From assembly GCF_964194025.1 (NCBI RefSeq), contig NC_134479.1:33604001-33668000 (forward strand): a DNA stretch of 64,000 nucleotides. The letters run 5' to 3'. This DNA comes from Convolutriloba macropyga. Lineage: Eukaryota. The notes beneath the pieces were generated by a model that ran no database searches, had not been told where the DNA came from, and was given only the letters and a program-made list of their open reading frames with translations. The translations under genes were made by a program, and so were the position numbers. This document shows, piece after piece, positions 1 to 12,775 of the stretch (position 1 is the stretch's first letter; each line of letters starts with the position of its first letter).

Positions 1-32
<32 letters not shown>

Positions 33-46
33 TATGCATATATATC
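1..46. repeat. (TA)n microsatellite
   Basis: Nearly pure TA run at the window start. Confidence 0.9.
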
Positions 47-305
47 ATTATCAGTTCTTGAATTTAGCCTCCTGACTGTCTGTCTCGTGGATCAAATTTG
101 GTACATTGGTACATGTGAAAGTCAAACACTTGTTTAAATTACTTCACATAAGGCAGGAAACAAAAATTTTTGGATTATGGATCGTTCTTCTGAAACATAA
201 TGTTAAACAAATAAGACTGGAAATTCATCTCCATATGATCACTTTTATTCTGGCTCGAGATTCTCACCTTTTTCAGATTAACTCAAATTGAACCTGATAT
301 TCGAC

Positions 306-959
306 TTATATTTGCAAACTATAGGTGGAAAATTCTTCACGAATACCAAAATCTCTATCAAGTTTTAAAAAAAACGAAACCGAATCAATTTCTACCTTTC
401 CAGTTCCTCTAGCACTTGCAAGTGATTCTGCCAAAGATGTGGCCCCAAATTTTTTGAAATTGGCAATTAATCCCACCATTGCATCAAAGTTTTGCTGTGG
501 CATCATCTGAATAACTGACAAAACACTGCTGTAGTGTGCAGCAGTTTGTCCTGATTTTCTGATGGATCTCTCGGTCTTCGACTCTCTCAAATGCAGATCG
601 GAGGTGTCCTTCGAGTTTACAAATTTGCTCCAGATGTCTTGCATAAATTGCTCATATTGAGGATCGCCTTCCAGTTTGTTAATATCTCTGACCATTTCAT
701 CTGCAACCCCTCTGAAGTCATCTGGCGACGAAGCTACCTTTGTCAGGTGGTCTATGAACGGCTTTGCTTTATTTTCACTAATAGCCCTCAGTAGAAAGAA
801 GACAATTTTGTGATTATCTTCGGATTTCACATACTCTTCGATACTCTCAATTACGATGTCTGGTATTTTCTCATAGCTTTCACGTTGAAATGCAGGAGGG
901 AAACAAATTACAGAGCAGATAAAAATAAATATCACCGACATCTTGTCGGCTATTTTCAC
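306..959 (-). CDS. Host coding exon of an uncharacterised helical protein; paralog of the exon at 34213. The true exon probably ends at the AAG|GTAGA donor near 395 and the gene continues off-window
   Basis: Aligns by eye with ORF 34213-34860 (IPD..., FL.RA..E..A.PFI..L.K..S.P..F..VA.E...D....E.D..Y..FMQ.IWS; Q.MP...D); similarity ends at the same K|GT position in both. Confidence 0.65.
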   Translation of the reverse strand: MKIADKMSVIFIFICSVICFPPAFQRESYEKIPDIVIESIEEYVKSEDNHKIVFFLLRAISENKAKPFIDHLTKVASSPDDFRGVADEMVRDINKLEGDPQYEQFMQDIWSKFVNSKDTSDLHLRESKTERSIRKSGQTAAHYSSVLSVIQMMPQQNFDAMVGLIANFKKFGATSLAESLASARGTGKVEIDSVSFFLKLDRDFGIREEFSTYSLQI

Positions 960-3900
960 TTCTGTTAATCTGAGTTTTGTTCGGAAAATTTAATAATGTT
1001 TCAAACAAATGGAAAATAACAAAGCAAAAAATGTGCACTACAGTGTGAATAGATAAACTAGAGCAAACTAGAGACTTCAAAGACTTGTCTCGTTTCTACG
1101 AGCAGATATTAAAATGCGGCAGCATTTTTCAATTAAACGGTTTGTCGAATCTCCAGAAAATTTACTTCTTTAGAATTTTTAAATATCTAAATAATTAAAT
1201 AATTATAACCTCATAGAAATTTAGTTCGACTATTTATCCATAAGGGTTATTGCAACTTGCCATACCAAAAGACGTTCAAACGCAACTTTCTAAATGTTAA
1301 AACTCTATGTTATATACTTGTTTTAGGGAACTTATGCTCTCCGATAAATATGAAAATTACACTGACTACTCTTTTAGTCAGTCTGATACTTCGAATTAAT
1401 CGTATATAAATTAAAATATTTGTAATTGGTAACATTTGTTATTGCTCATAATGTTCACACACAAAGTTGACAAATTTAAGCGAGCAGAAATTTTGTCGGA
1501 AACACATAATGTCGCAAAAAATTCGCTGTTTGACATATAATGTACAATTTTGTCCAAGTTTGCTCAATCAGTGTCATACAATTGAATTCAAGCTTTGTTC
1601 TCTCGTTTAAAAGAAAAACTTTTATTAAACAGAAAATTGAACTTCCAAAAAATTATTATTTTGCGCAAGTGACAAAAACAAATAAACGACCAGACGCCAT
1701 CGTTGATAACTTCATTTCTGATCTTCTCCAGTTTGCTTGATACCAATTGAAATCTTTTATTTCTCAAAACATGAGACTAATTTTTTGATAAATTCGGAAA
1801 AATTCAAATATACAAACAATCATTTGAAAACTCATTCGATTTGAATTTCCAAAAATTGAATTGCTATGTTTTAATAGACAGAGCATGTAGGCGTGTGCTA
1901 TATTTGCAAAAAATCCAAATAACTAAAGATCATGTTTTTTCAATGCCTCAACTTCCTCTCAAACTCTATATAAGATTCTTTTAACAAATTCTTTGGAAAA
2001 AATTTTTTTTCAAGAAAATTTTCAAATGCAATAAATTTAGCGCTCATTAATGTCAGTGGTCTAGCAACTAGCAAATGAGCAAAAACAATTAGGGGATTAC
2101 TTGCTGTTTAATAAGCAACAAAAAGTTTATACTCTATATAAGTTACAAAGCAGAACATTTTTAAACACAATTTGAAGATTTACAACATTGTATAGCAGGC
2201 TATAGGATAAACTGCAGTAGAAAAAAATCATTGCTTCATCAATTTTACACTTTTTGTACCAAGGATGAGGTGAAAACGGTAAACTTTCCCTAGAAAAAAA
2301 ACTCTCTGAGTTATCCACTAATTATTTGAACAGTTCAACATTATCGTTAAATTTATTGACAAAACTGGTTTCCCATGCCAAGCATCTACTCCAAGTGATG
2401 TTCTGCCCAATATATTTTCTGCATAATTTTAACTTTTACGGGCATCATGCATATGCATCTGTAAACAAAACCAAGTTCGAAATATCATTTTGCTCGATCT
2501 CAGAAAAATTCGATATAAAATATTACGCGGTATTGAAAAAAGCAATATAGGTACACTTTGCTTAAAATTTGGTTAGAGGCTAATAAATTGGTCTGGTTGG
2601 TTTAGAAAAACCTATTTAAAACGAGCTCACAGAAACAATGAACAACTTGTGACAAAAATATTAGCATCGTTGATTTGAAATGATGAAATAAACTCTCCTG
2701 TGAGTTCGGAATCCTCGTTTGTAACTTATGAGATATTTGACTGGTTTAAAATTAACAAAACTGCTCGCAAGTTTGACTTTCAGAAAACATGGGATTATGA
2801 AGGCTTTCCGTTTGTAATCTCCAAAAAAAGAGAATAGACAAAAACAAGGATGCTCGTTAATGTGCGTTCGCTCATGATGTTCCGACCCGAACTCATCTAC
2901 ATTTTTAACTAAATTGTCAGGCAAATGAAGAAAAAAGACAAACAACAAAATCAGCAGAAACGAAAGTTTCAATTTTTCGGCTAAAACTCAATATCTAAAT
3001 TTAAAAGCACCTAGTAACAACGTCAAAATTCAATTGGATGAAACCTTTACTACACAAATTTTTTTCTTCCTGATTACACAGCAGATGGGAGTTTCCCTTA
3101 AGGAGACTACGCTACGAGTCGACAAAGAGAAGAAATGATTAGGCGAAAATCAGAAAACAATAAACCGTTTTTCAAAAAACAATCAATCAAATAATTTAAA
3201 AAATCCTAAAAATCATAAGCTTCTAACCTGAAAACTCTTAACAATTTTACTAAAATGTCATTGCAAAACCAATGGAACCTGTCCTTGGTTAGACAAAGCC
3301 ATAGAACGGATCGAAGATGCAGAAAAACACAAAAAATTACAAAACAAATTTGCGCAAGCGCAAATTATTGAAGCCATTAAAATCATTAGCCATTATCTGA
3401 ATACTATGTATTTTTTTTCAATTGTTATTTGAAAAAAATCACTTAAAATTATGCCGAAAAAATTATTAACTACCCTTGGGCCGCTTTTGAAAGTCCTTGG
3501 GATCTGTTATTACGCGAATATGCTAAACGAAGAGAAAACGAAACACAAATATTGACTACTCAGAAATTTTTTATGAAAACACATATTGTCCAACAAAAAG
3601 CATCAATAACGACATAATATCAACAAACAGCCTAATTTTTGATTTTAAGGTATTGGATGGGAGCTCTCAATGTTGAGAATAATTTACAATTTGAAGAAAA
3701 GAACAAAAACTGAAATGTTTAAAAAGTCTTTGAAAACGAGTATTTTCATTTACTTTAAGACTATTCGCTGTAAACTGACTGCTTTGAGTAAATTCATTCA
3801 TTCAATACACAAATAGAAGCTTATGAGACCAGTCAGTATTTTATGGCTACATGAATATAAAAAAAAGACTGGCAAGAGCACCAAAATGAGGGAGAAAAGT

Positions 3901-5089
3901 GTTAAAGCAATTAAAAAAAAACTTTTCAATTCTTTTTTTAACAATTTGACTTCAAAAAATCAGCAATTATGAACAAACACTTTAAAGCCACGAATGCCCC
4001 GTGGTATTAAAACCATAAAAAGCAATAGCTTTCTACGGAAGCAATAAAATACGCAAAGTTATGCCTCAATGGGACAACAGGGATGTTGGTCTTTCAAAAG
4101 TCATCGAACGGACAATACAATAAGTCATTGATTATAAAAACAACAACAAATACAGGCGAAAATCCATAAATTGAGTAGAAAAACAAGAAAAAAAGGTGTC
4201 GAAGTCATTTAAACCCTAAGCTTTTCTCTGAAAAATTTATTTATGATCTCTTGAACGTTTTCGCTAAGCCAAAAGGCACTATCAATATTGGGATAATTTA
4301 ATAAGATTTCAAACGAAAACAAAATTACAAAGATTGTCCAAAAATTAATAAAAATTATGAAAACTCGTGGCATTCAAGTCATAAAACCAATAGTAAGAAG
4401 ATAAAACCGCTAACCAGATTAATCATGATTGCTGTCGAAAAGAAGTGGATCCTGTTATTACGGAGATTGACTTAGATTTCGCGAAAAAAATTTAAGATTG
4501 GTTGGTTTTCAAAAGAATATTTTTTTTAATTTTCAAGTCTTAACTGACATTAAATTCAATAGCTTTCAGCGGAAGTCAATAAATACACTAAATTATGCGT
4601 CGATAAGGAGACAACATGTTTGTTATTCTTAGGTTGTCAATAGGACATCACAATAAGTGTTCTGACTACTCATAGAGTGAACAAAATCATCCCAGATATC
4701 CCGTGTTCGCACAAAAACCTCGATAACTCCTCGAAAAATAAGAAATTCAACAAAATCTTTATATTTTCGAATTCTACAGTGGTTCGGCTTTTTAACGATA
4801 CCACTCACATTCCTCTACGAAGAATATATCGATCGGCCAAAATTGTCGGAACAACAAAAAACCCATTAGAGTATAAAGTTCCTCCTCTCACAAGTGGGGT
4901 CGGAACAAATAGTTGATTTTGAACTAATCGTTGTTTTTAGGTAAAAGTTGTCGTTTCCTGTGGCCTCATTGAGGTGCCATTGAGGCCTCGTTGTATGAAA
5001 ATACTATCCTGGACCGGTATACGGCATGAAATGAACGTTGCGCAAATTTATCATTTTTTCTCTCGATGATAAAAGACTCGGCACGGTCT

Positions 5090-5497
5090 AAAATTTTGCT
5101 CTCAATGATGGCAGGATGTTTAATGTTGATTTAGAATTACACTCGAGGATAAGTAAGGGTAAATACAGGAATTGAGCACACGGCCATAAGGCTACACACG
5201 CCCTAAAGGGCTCATAAACATAGCTCAACAACGCTAGAAGGAACGAATCTTTGACTACAGTCGGCCAGCAATAGAAGCTAAGTTCGAAATCATAACAGTC
5301 TATCCTTCGTTTAATCATACCGAAAAGTATGAAACTCGCAGTTATTTGCAGCCGGCAGCCCTCATCCAGCTAATGGAGGGACCCCAACAACAATTAATTT
5401 ACCCAAACCGCACCTAAAGTTCGAACCCTGATGTTTTTGTAAACAACATCTGACAACCAGGCAGTGGATACTTGAGCAAATTAAGCTATTTCGCCCT
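5090..5497 (-). mobile_element. Possible tRNA-derived SINE
   Basis: Minus strand begins GGGCGAAATAGCTTAATTTG (A-box-like) ... GGGTTCGAACT (B-box-like), followed by a more GC-rich body; no clean cloverleaf; 3' boundary uncertain. Confidence 0.3.
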
Positions 5498-5895
5498 AAA
5501 AATATTGTACTAGGATATTCAAAATCGTTATGTATATGGATGTCAACATAATCTTCTTTACGCTGTTAATACTCGATGCTCCAATTTTTCTTCTTTTGAG
5601 TTCGTAAAAGTCGATATTATAATGCGGAATAGTAACACACTGTAGCATTTATAGATGAGTCCCAAAATTAAGAGACCGAACAAAAAAGAATTTGTAAGAA
5701 ATCTTCGATATGTGCGGTTTCAATTGTAAGATAGCTTCGGTACGTTAGGTTTTTTCGTTTGTGTCGGTACCGAACGCTAGAAAAGTTCGTTATAGTTTTG
5801 GAAACAAGAAAGATTGAGTATATTTGGCTTTAGAAGATTCAGCATGTTCAGTAACCAAACGTAAGGCATCGGTGGTAACTTTGGTTATTGACGGC

Positions 5896-5985
5896 AGTAG
5901 TATCCATATCTGCCATGTTACTGGAGGAGGGGGGTCCGGACCCCCCCCCCTACAAGAACTTTCACTCTGTAAAAGTTGATTTCTT
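5896..5985 (+). repeat. Polinton left terminal sequence with GC hairpin (GGGGGGTCCGGACCCCCC)
   Basis: AGTAGT start, palindrome at ~5929-5946; diverged direct copy at ~23967-24051. Confidence 0.75.
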
Positions 5986-6587
5986 GTACTTTTGAAGAAA
6001 CTTTGAGAGTCTTATTGTTTTACCTACTTCGATCTTTTGGATTGTAAGTTCATGTTATGTGAACTCTTGGGAAATAAATTTGGAGAGTTTGGAATATTTC
6101 CTTCCGCGCGCATGAGTGGGCTGTTATGCCTAATTTGAACTTTTATTGAGCTTTCGAAAGTGGGGATTGTTTAAACTTGTCAAGTTTTGTTTACGGTGGG
6201 GGATTTTATGTGGAATTAAATCAAAGCGGAGCGGGCTCTTGGAAACTGAATTTCAAAACAAAATTAAATTAGTGCGGTGTGTTTTATTGATTTTGAAATT
6301 AAATTGCTTTGGTGTATGAAAAGTGTTCCAATTAAGATAAAAGTAAATGTATGGCTGTGAAAGCAGTTTGGAAGTATAAATTTGGTGAGGGGAATAAAGC
6401 AGGGCGCTCGGTGTTAGAACTGAACCGTTTCTTGGCAAATGTTTGGAATAAATTCTTTTCTGCCTGTTAGGTTGAGATAAATGTTAAATCACCAAAATGA
6501 GCCTTCTGAAGAGACTATTTCCTATTTCTTCTCAATTGTATTGCGTCTACAGAGCGAACTAAGTGAAACTTGAAGCTATTAAAAAGA

Positions 6588-6938
6588 ATGCCAGGACACA
6601 AATGTGAGACTTGTGAGCTCACTTTCAACAATTTTCAAGAAAAATTAAAACATTTCACAGAAAATCACAAAAACCGATATATAAAATATTGTTCAAGATG
6701 TCAGGAAGCCATTTATTTTCTTCCTCAGTTTACCAAGCATAAAAAGCACAACAAATATCTTGAAACCAACCCATTATACTGTTCTCGATCTCTTGTTTCG
6801 GGGAAAATATTGGACCAAATTTGCCCTTTCTGCAGGCAAATTTTTTTTTATAAACAGGAGCTCGAGAAGCATTTGAAAAGCTTTTGTCGGTGCAAAGTGC
6901 AAAGAATATCCGACAGGAGGACTGGGAAATTTCCTTAA
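6588..6938 (+). CDS. Polinton C2H2-type zinc-finger protein
   Basis: CETC-X12-H-X4-H, CSRC...HKKH and CPFC-X12-H-X4-C; ATG at 6588; convergent with pPolB. Confidence 0.7.
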   Translation: MPGHKCETCELTFNNFQEKLKHFTENHKNRYIKYCSRCQEAIYFLPQFTKHKKHNKYLETNPLYCSRSLVSGKILDQICPFCRQIFFYKQELEKHLKSFCRCKVQRISDRRTGKFP

Positions 6939-7056
6939 AGTAAGTTTTCTTCTCACCAATTGTATAAAAATATCATTATTAATATTTATCTTTGTATTTT
7001 TAAATTTTCCGTTCTATAAAAGAAGTACTTATTACAATACAAAGAAAAATAACAGA

Positions 7057-10000
7057 TTACTCAGTGTCAGAATCTACAATATAAGCACGGGCACGTTTAA
7101 TCGAGATTACTGGCGATTCCTCATTTTCAGAGAGTGTTACCTCTGAAGAGTTAGTAGATTCAACACTATCTATTTGTCTGAATAAGTTATTGCTTAATGT
7201 TGCTTGCTTCTTTTTGTTGCTGATGCTGGCTAATGTTTCATTCTCACTGCTTGAAGAGCAGCAATCTGGGTTTTCATCAGCTTCATTGAGAATGAACGGG
7301 TTATTGATTTCCTGGTCAGACTCATCACTTTGTTCCGATAAATTTGAAAGGTCAATAACATCATTCAACTCTTCATTAGAGTACGAGGGCTGATGAAAAC
7401 CTGGATCGGGTGTTTCCCAGCCTGAGGCCTCCCCTCCTTCAGGAAGTTCAAACACGTTATAGGGTTCGTTCAATTCGTCTTCCCAGTCGGTTTCGGCACA
7501 CAGTTTTTTTGAAACGTATTCATCACGCAAAGAAAAATGTCCGAAGGGAGTGTTGTTTTTTTGTCTGTATTTATATATCTTTTGTCGTCGTATGCGCAGA
7601 GGGCAATTTTGTTCAAGCACACAGTTTGTAGTTGATGTTTAAGTGTTGATATTTTGATGTTTTCAAGTCTCACTACGTTGCTCGTCTCCAATGTCTCTTT
7701 GAACATTTCATGATTTAATTTGGCTTGCGCGAATTTTTTAGTTCCTTTCGCCGACATTTTGTTTTCGCCATTACTAGCAACAATCGAGTAAAGTTTAGGC
7801 TTAAGGGCACAGAATTCTTCTATTGGCGTTCCTGCAAGTTCGTCTTTGAACTTAAGCACCACCTTTGCATTCGTTTTGTCATAGAGTTTGTGGTCGCTGG
7901 GGAAGTTTGAGAGATCAAAGTGTTTTTTCAGGGTAGAGTTTTTCGTCAAATCATCATAGAAACTATTCGTTTTAACTTTGTATACGAATGAGTCTGTATC
8001 TGAATACAGCAAACTGCACTCTGTTTGTTTTTTCATTACGTTGTAATGAAAATCCAACATAAACAGCTTTGAAAGCTCAAGAATGCTGGCTCCAATAATT
8101 GTTGGTTTGTTCCATACTATCGATTGGACTTTCTTTGTGATAATTGTTAGGTTCTCATCTATGATTTTTATCGATGAAATATTTCCTTTTGATGTTGTTT
8201 TAAGTAGCTCCTCTTCTGTGCGAACAAATTTAACGGACACTCTATTTCTCAAACTTTCACATAGCTTGCCAAAAGTAGAGTTTGACATAAGTTTGTAGAA
8301 ATCCTGATCGAGCTTAGAGCTAGCTTCTTGACGTTTCTGTGTGTTAAGTGCAATATAACTTGCTAACCACTTAGATTGATGAAACTTTACTGCTCGATGA
8401 ACTCGGGTGACCTTAATTCCGCTATCAACATAGAATTTGAGGTTCCGGTAGTGAACAACATAGTTCTTCTTTGGGTGAAACGTCTGTCTCAACTTACTTG
8501 ATTTCGACGAAGTTAGACTTAGAGCGCTTCTAAGAGTTGTCTGATAGTCACTAAGTTCTAGGGTATCGATTGGTTCTTTGTCGGGTATCAATGGGTAGTC
8601 TGCATGTTCATCATGTAGAGCATCAGGGTACTCTAGATCCACCTCAACAATGAAACCAACATCCCCTTCGTCGTCGGTCTGCAAAATTGTTTCTAGTGCA
8701 ACATCTTCAATCAATTCAAACTGATTCAGGGGAAGAGGGAAATGTAACATGATTCCCCCGTAAAGGTTATTAGCATCAATATAAATGATTGATGAGACTT
8801 CCTTTGAGCTATCAAAGTTAGGCAGTAGGGTGTTGTTTGCAATCTCTAGTCTTGAACTGTAGACAGAGGACAGGCCTCCACGTATCATTTTCTCTGCCAT
8901 TTCAAGGATCAGTCGGTCTGTCAACAGCTCAATTTCGGGCTTGCAGGTTTTCAGAAACGCGTTTCCAGAAAGATTTGAAGCTGTGTAGAACTGTGCACAG
9001 TCCAGGCCGTATGTGTCATAGCACACAGAACGCAGCTCCTCGAACCAGCATGACAACTGTAGCACATCGCCAGTGAGATATAGCTCCAGGAATTCCTTCA
9101 GACTTTGGCAATTGAACTCGTTGAAGACAAAATTCAACTGATTGAGTTCCTCACTGGTAACATCAATTTTATTGTCTTTCAAACTGTTTTTCCAGTTTTC
9201 GAGACTGGGAAGAGAAAGTTCTCTTAGTTTACTGAAGTCATTGAAATACGAGTAGGGAAAACTTCCCTTTTTCTTCAACAAGTTGCGTTGCTCAGTGGTA
9301 TAGCCTCGGTAAAAGTTGTCAAGAATACTGAATTTATTGTGAGGCAGAGTTTGTACAATTTTATCGAGGCTGCACGGCATAAACTTGAAACTGTCAATAA
9401 AGCGCATGTACTCGTAAACAGTGACTTCATCTCGCTTCCTTTTTCGTGTTTCAATGAATACACCAAAATTTAGTGCAATGAATTTTTCGTCGTTTGTCGG
9501 TATCACTTCAATTTTTGTTGACTCTGAGGCTGTATGCAAGGACTTAACTATGTGATGTAAGTCATAGTTCATCATGTTGTGGGCAATTACGGGAGTGAAA
9601 TTGAGTGTTCGGCGCTTGAGGTTGCATTCGTCGTGCGCGTAACCGATGAATTGACCACTGTAGTGACAGTGGTCCAACACTTTTTCGTTGTCATTGTTGA
9701 AAGCAACATCACAAATCCAACATCTCGAGAATGTACTTCGCAAAGGGGCGGCTCCAATAAATTTAGGAAATTTCCTTTTCTGATGGTAAAATCACCTTGC
9801 AAGTTTTTCGATTTTTGTAATGAAGCGTTTCATACAATCGGGGCCTGTGTAAATGTCAAAATGTATTGGTTCAGGGTTGTTATGTTCGACCACAATTAAG
9901 CAGTAACTACACGGTAAATGGTGTTCCAAGGCACACGTGCTTGAAGTCATTGGGTTACTTTTCGCTGTTGCTACAGGCACAAGTAGAGATTCTAAGTCCA

Positions 10001-11526
10001 AGTATACTACAAAAGGTGAAAACCACCTCGCGGCGTAGTTTTCGAACTTCAACTTGTTGTTAGCAGGATCGGGCATCGTGATTTGCAGAGAATCATTTTC
10101 CAAACACGATTTCTGATGTGCTAATAGCACATCCGCTGACGAACAAATGTGATAACAGTTCCTGCACAGCTCATTTCTATCACGATACTCTTTACCGTTG
10201 ATTTTAGCGACAAGTTTCATCAAATTGATAATGAGTACGTAGTGGTATGTCTGTTCGTTTTGTAGGAGCAACAAATCGAGTACGAATGGGAAATTTTTGC
10301 CTCGTGACAGCCTCAATGGTAGTAATTGCTTCGTCTGATACCTTAAATATGAAAAATCTCAGACTTTTTCTGGATAGTGAGGTTTTTTAAACAGCAAAAT
10401 GTTAAGAACTGTTATGATGAACGAAAAATTTTTGTTCCCCTTTTTTTAACAACTTTTCCTTTTTTTGCTTTTTTTTACAAAAAAATCACATTTAAATACA
10501 TAGTGATACAATTTGTTCTTACCTGAACACATTAACTTGTACTTCATTGAGTTCCTCAAACTTTGATATGTCCTGTAGACTCATTGGCATTTCAAAGTCC
10601 CCTTTCGGTTGCTTTGCTGATGGATTTTGTTTGCTGTACGTCAGAACGTTGGTGCGTGATCTGAAGCATGGTGTTGGCGGTTCTAATTTTTCTTTTTTGT
10701 AAACCAGATGGTATCCAGCTGTGTAGCAGTAAAGGAAACAGTTATCATCGTTTGCATTGTGTATGTTTAACAAGTTCGAATCTCTTCTTAGCGGATATTC
10801 CTCATGAAACGGTATGAAACTGCTTCCCCGGACAGGCACATATTTGGCCAGCTTCAGGGTAACTTTGTCTATTGAAAGTAGCTGCCAACCACTTCCGTAG
10901 CTTGAAAACGAAACAAGTTTTGAAACAATGTTGTCGACAAAGTCTTCAAAAATTTCATCCGAAATCCCTGAATGATATACGATTCGTGTATTTGTATTGA
11001 AAAACACGCTTAATTTTTCTTGATCGTCATCCAAAGGTTTCTGAAGCGTCATTTCCACTACAAGTTGAACCTTTTGTGGAAACCTGTGCGTGTGTTTTTG
11101 GACTTTTTTCGAAATTTCGCCCCGGTTCCTGAACAGATATTCCATAATGTCTAAATCTCCCTGGGCCGGCTCAAATTCGTAGTAGTTTACACCATTGCTA
11201 ATTGAACTGACTGTTGGTCTAGACGTATCAACTTCGTGGGTTTCCAAGTCCAAAATGGGCAGACCATGCTCATTGTTTATGTGCTCAGCATATTCGAGTT
11301 TTGTTTGAAAACCTACGCGACAAGTATAGCAGACTTTTAAAATGGGCTGTTGATGAGAAATATGAGAATGCTTACGCAGTGTAGGAAGACTTCTAACGTT
11401 CTCGAAACACTGAAAACAGCTGAAAGTCGGTATATCTGGAAAAATTTTATGTATATTCTTCATATGCTTGTTAAGGGACCTTCTGTTGGAGAGCTGAGCA
11501 GAACAGTTTGGACACTGAACTGGCAT
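7057..11526 (-). pseudogene. polB: Protein-primed family B DNA polymerase (pPolB) with N-terminal C2H2 fingers, EndoVII-like insert and acidic tail. Two exons (11526-10523, 10341-7057); in-frame TGA at 9792-9794; 1-nt frameshift near 7545
   Basis: Exo motifs YLDLES, HNMMNYD, YLTGDV; pol motifs RGGLS, YIDANNLYG, KLMSNSTFGK, YSDTDS, LKPKLYS; CWIC...DHCH..G...G.AH..CNL; ORFs 9792-10316 and 7470-9743 share a frame; the TLPFGH end is restored by shifting into ORF 7057-7620. Confidence 0.92.
10342..10522 (-). other. Spliceosomal GT-AG intron (181 bp, phase 2) in pPolB
   Basis: AG|GTAAGA donor, CTTAAC/CTCAC branch-like motifs, TTTAAG|G acceptor; splicing gives continuous VNVFR-YQTKQLLPLRLS...DLLLL...HYVLI. 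Confidence 0.85.
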
Positions 11527-12229
11527 ACTGTACAGAAGTACGGAACACAGTTTTCAAGCTTTGAATGGTGTTGAGACTTTTGAATAATAGGGTAAGAAAT
11601 ATAGAAAATAATGATTGATAACGTTGAGAATGATTTTGAGATATTTCTAAGTTGTGAGAGTTTTTAAAAAGCTTAGGAAATATTAATTTATAGTAAAAGT
11701 CTGAAAATCTTTTAAATTTTTTTGCAACTAAATAGAGGTACGTATTCTTTGCTTTATGTTTTCCAATTTATTAAAACTTTTTTACCCAAAAGTTGACGAA
11801 CAGATAAAGCTGAATTTTCTGCAATCAAGTCAAGAAATGAAGTTTTGATTGCGTGGCGCTACACAGGTTTCGTTTAATTCTTGAGCACACCTCCAGTTTA
11901 CAGCTTTAGGTAGTACAATGTTTTCTAACGCTGAGGGGGGCGTAATTAAATATAATTCTTATCATGACAATTGATAATATACAAAATTCAACTATGTGTG
12001 AGTCCTTTGAGTAAAACATAGGCAAAATATAGCAAGAACAATAAACAGGCTTATCAGTTCTTCTTAATTATTGCATGTACTCCCATAATAAGTTTTCTTT
12101 GTATTGTGGAATTTGAGTTGTAGTTTGAGTTTATTGCAGAAATATATATAAGAATAGTAAGAAAATTCTATCGGCCAGTATATGCTTAGTTATTGTTAAT
12201 CGTGTTGTAATGAATAATAAAGCAAAGTG

Positions 12230-12775
12230 AGAAAGTTTTCATTCAAATTGAGTGCAAACCTAACACCAAGTTCCCACTTCACAGATAACGAAAATTCTTT
12301 CCCTTCAATGTTTGCTTGGTGATAACACTAGTCTTTTCATTAACCAGTAAACTTGATCGAAATTCGAATTTTACCCATTGGTTGTTGTAGAGCAGGGAGT
12401 GTCATATCAAAAGAAAACGGTTCATAAAATTGAACTCTAACCTAACCCCTGAACGTTTCAGATAACAAAAACTGTTTTATTTCCCTAATTTTGGACTGTG
12501 TAATAAGCACAATTTTTTCGTTAAACTGTAAAGTTTACTAAATTTAGAAACGTACTGAACGGTTACTGTAGAGCAGGGAGTGTCATATCAAAGGAAAACG
12601 TTTCATGAAACTGAACTCCACCTAAATCCTGAACGCTTCAGATAACAAAAACTTAAGTTTTCTAACTTTTGGGCTGTGTACTAAACACAATCTTTTCATT
12701 AAACAGTAAAGTTGATTATATTTAGAAACGTACTGAAGGGTTACTGTAGATCAGGGGAGGATCAAATCAAAGGAA
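12230..12775. repeat. Three tandem ~177-180 bp units in the Polinton non-coding region
   Basis: CAGATAAC anchors at 12282, 12459, 12639; GTAGA(G/T)CAGGG at ~12387, ~12568, ~12746. Confidence 0.85.

Noticed and set aside
3480-4670. Weak local repeats (e.g. ~4001/4367, ~4020/4555)
   Set aside because: Too degenerate to define units; probably old repeat debris
5405-5497. Functional tRNA gene
   Set aside because: A/B-box-like motifs are present but I could not build a convincing cloverleaf; treated as a possible SINE head
7057-7620. Independent 187-aa gene
   Set aside because: Better explained as the frameshifted C-terminus of pPolB
12230-12775. CRISPR-like array
   Set aside because: Units are homologous along their whole length, there are no unique spacers, and no cas genes are present
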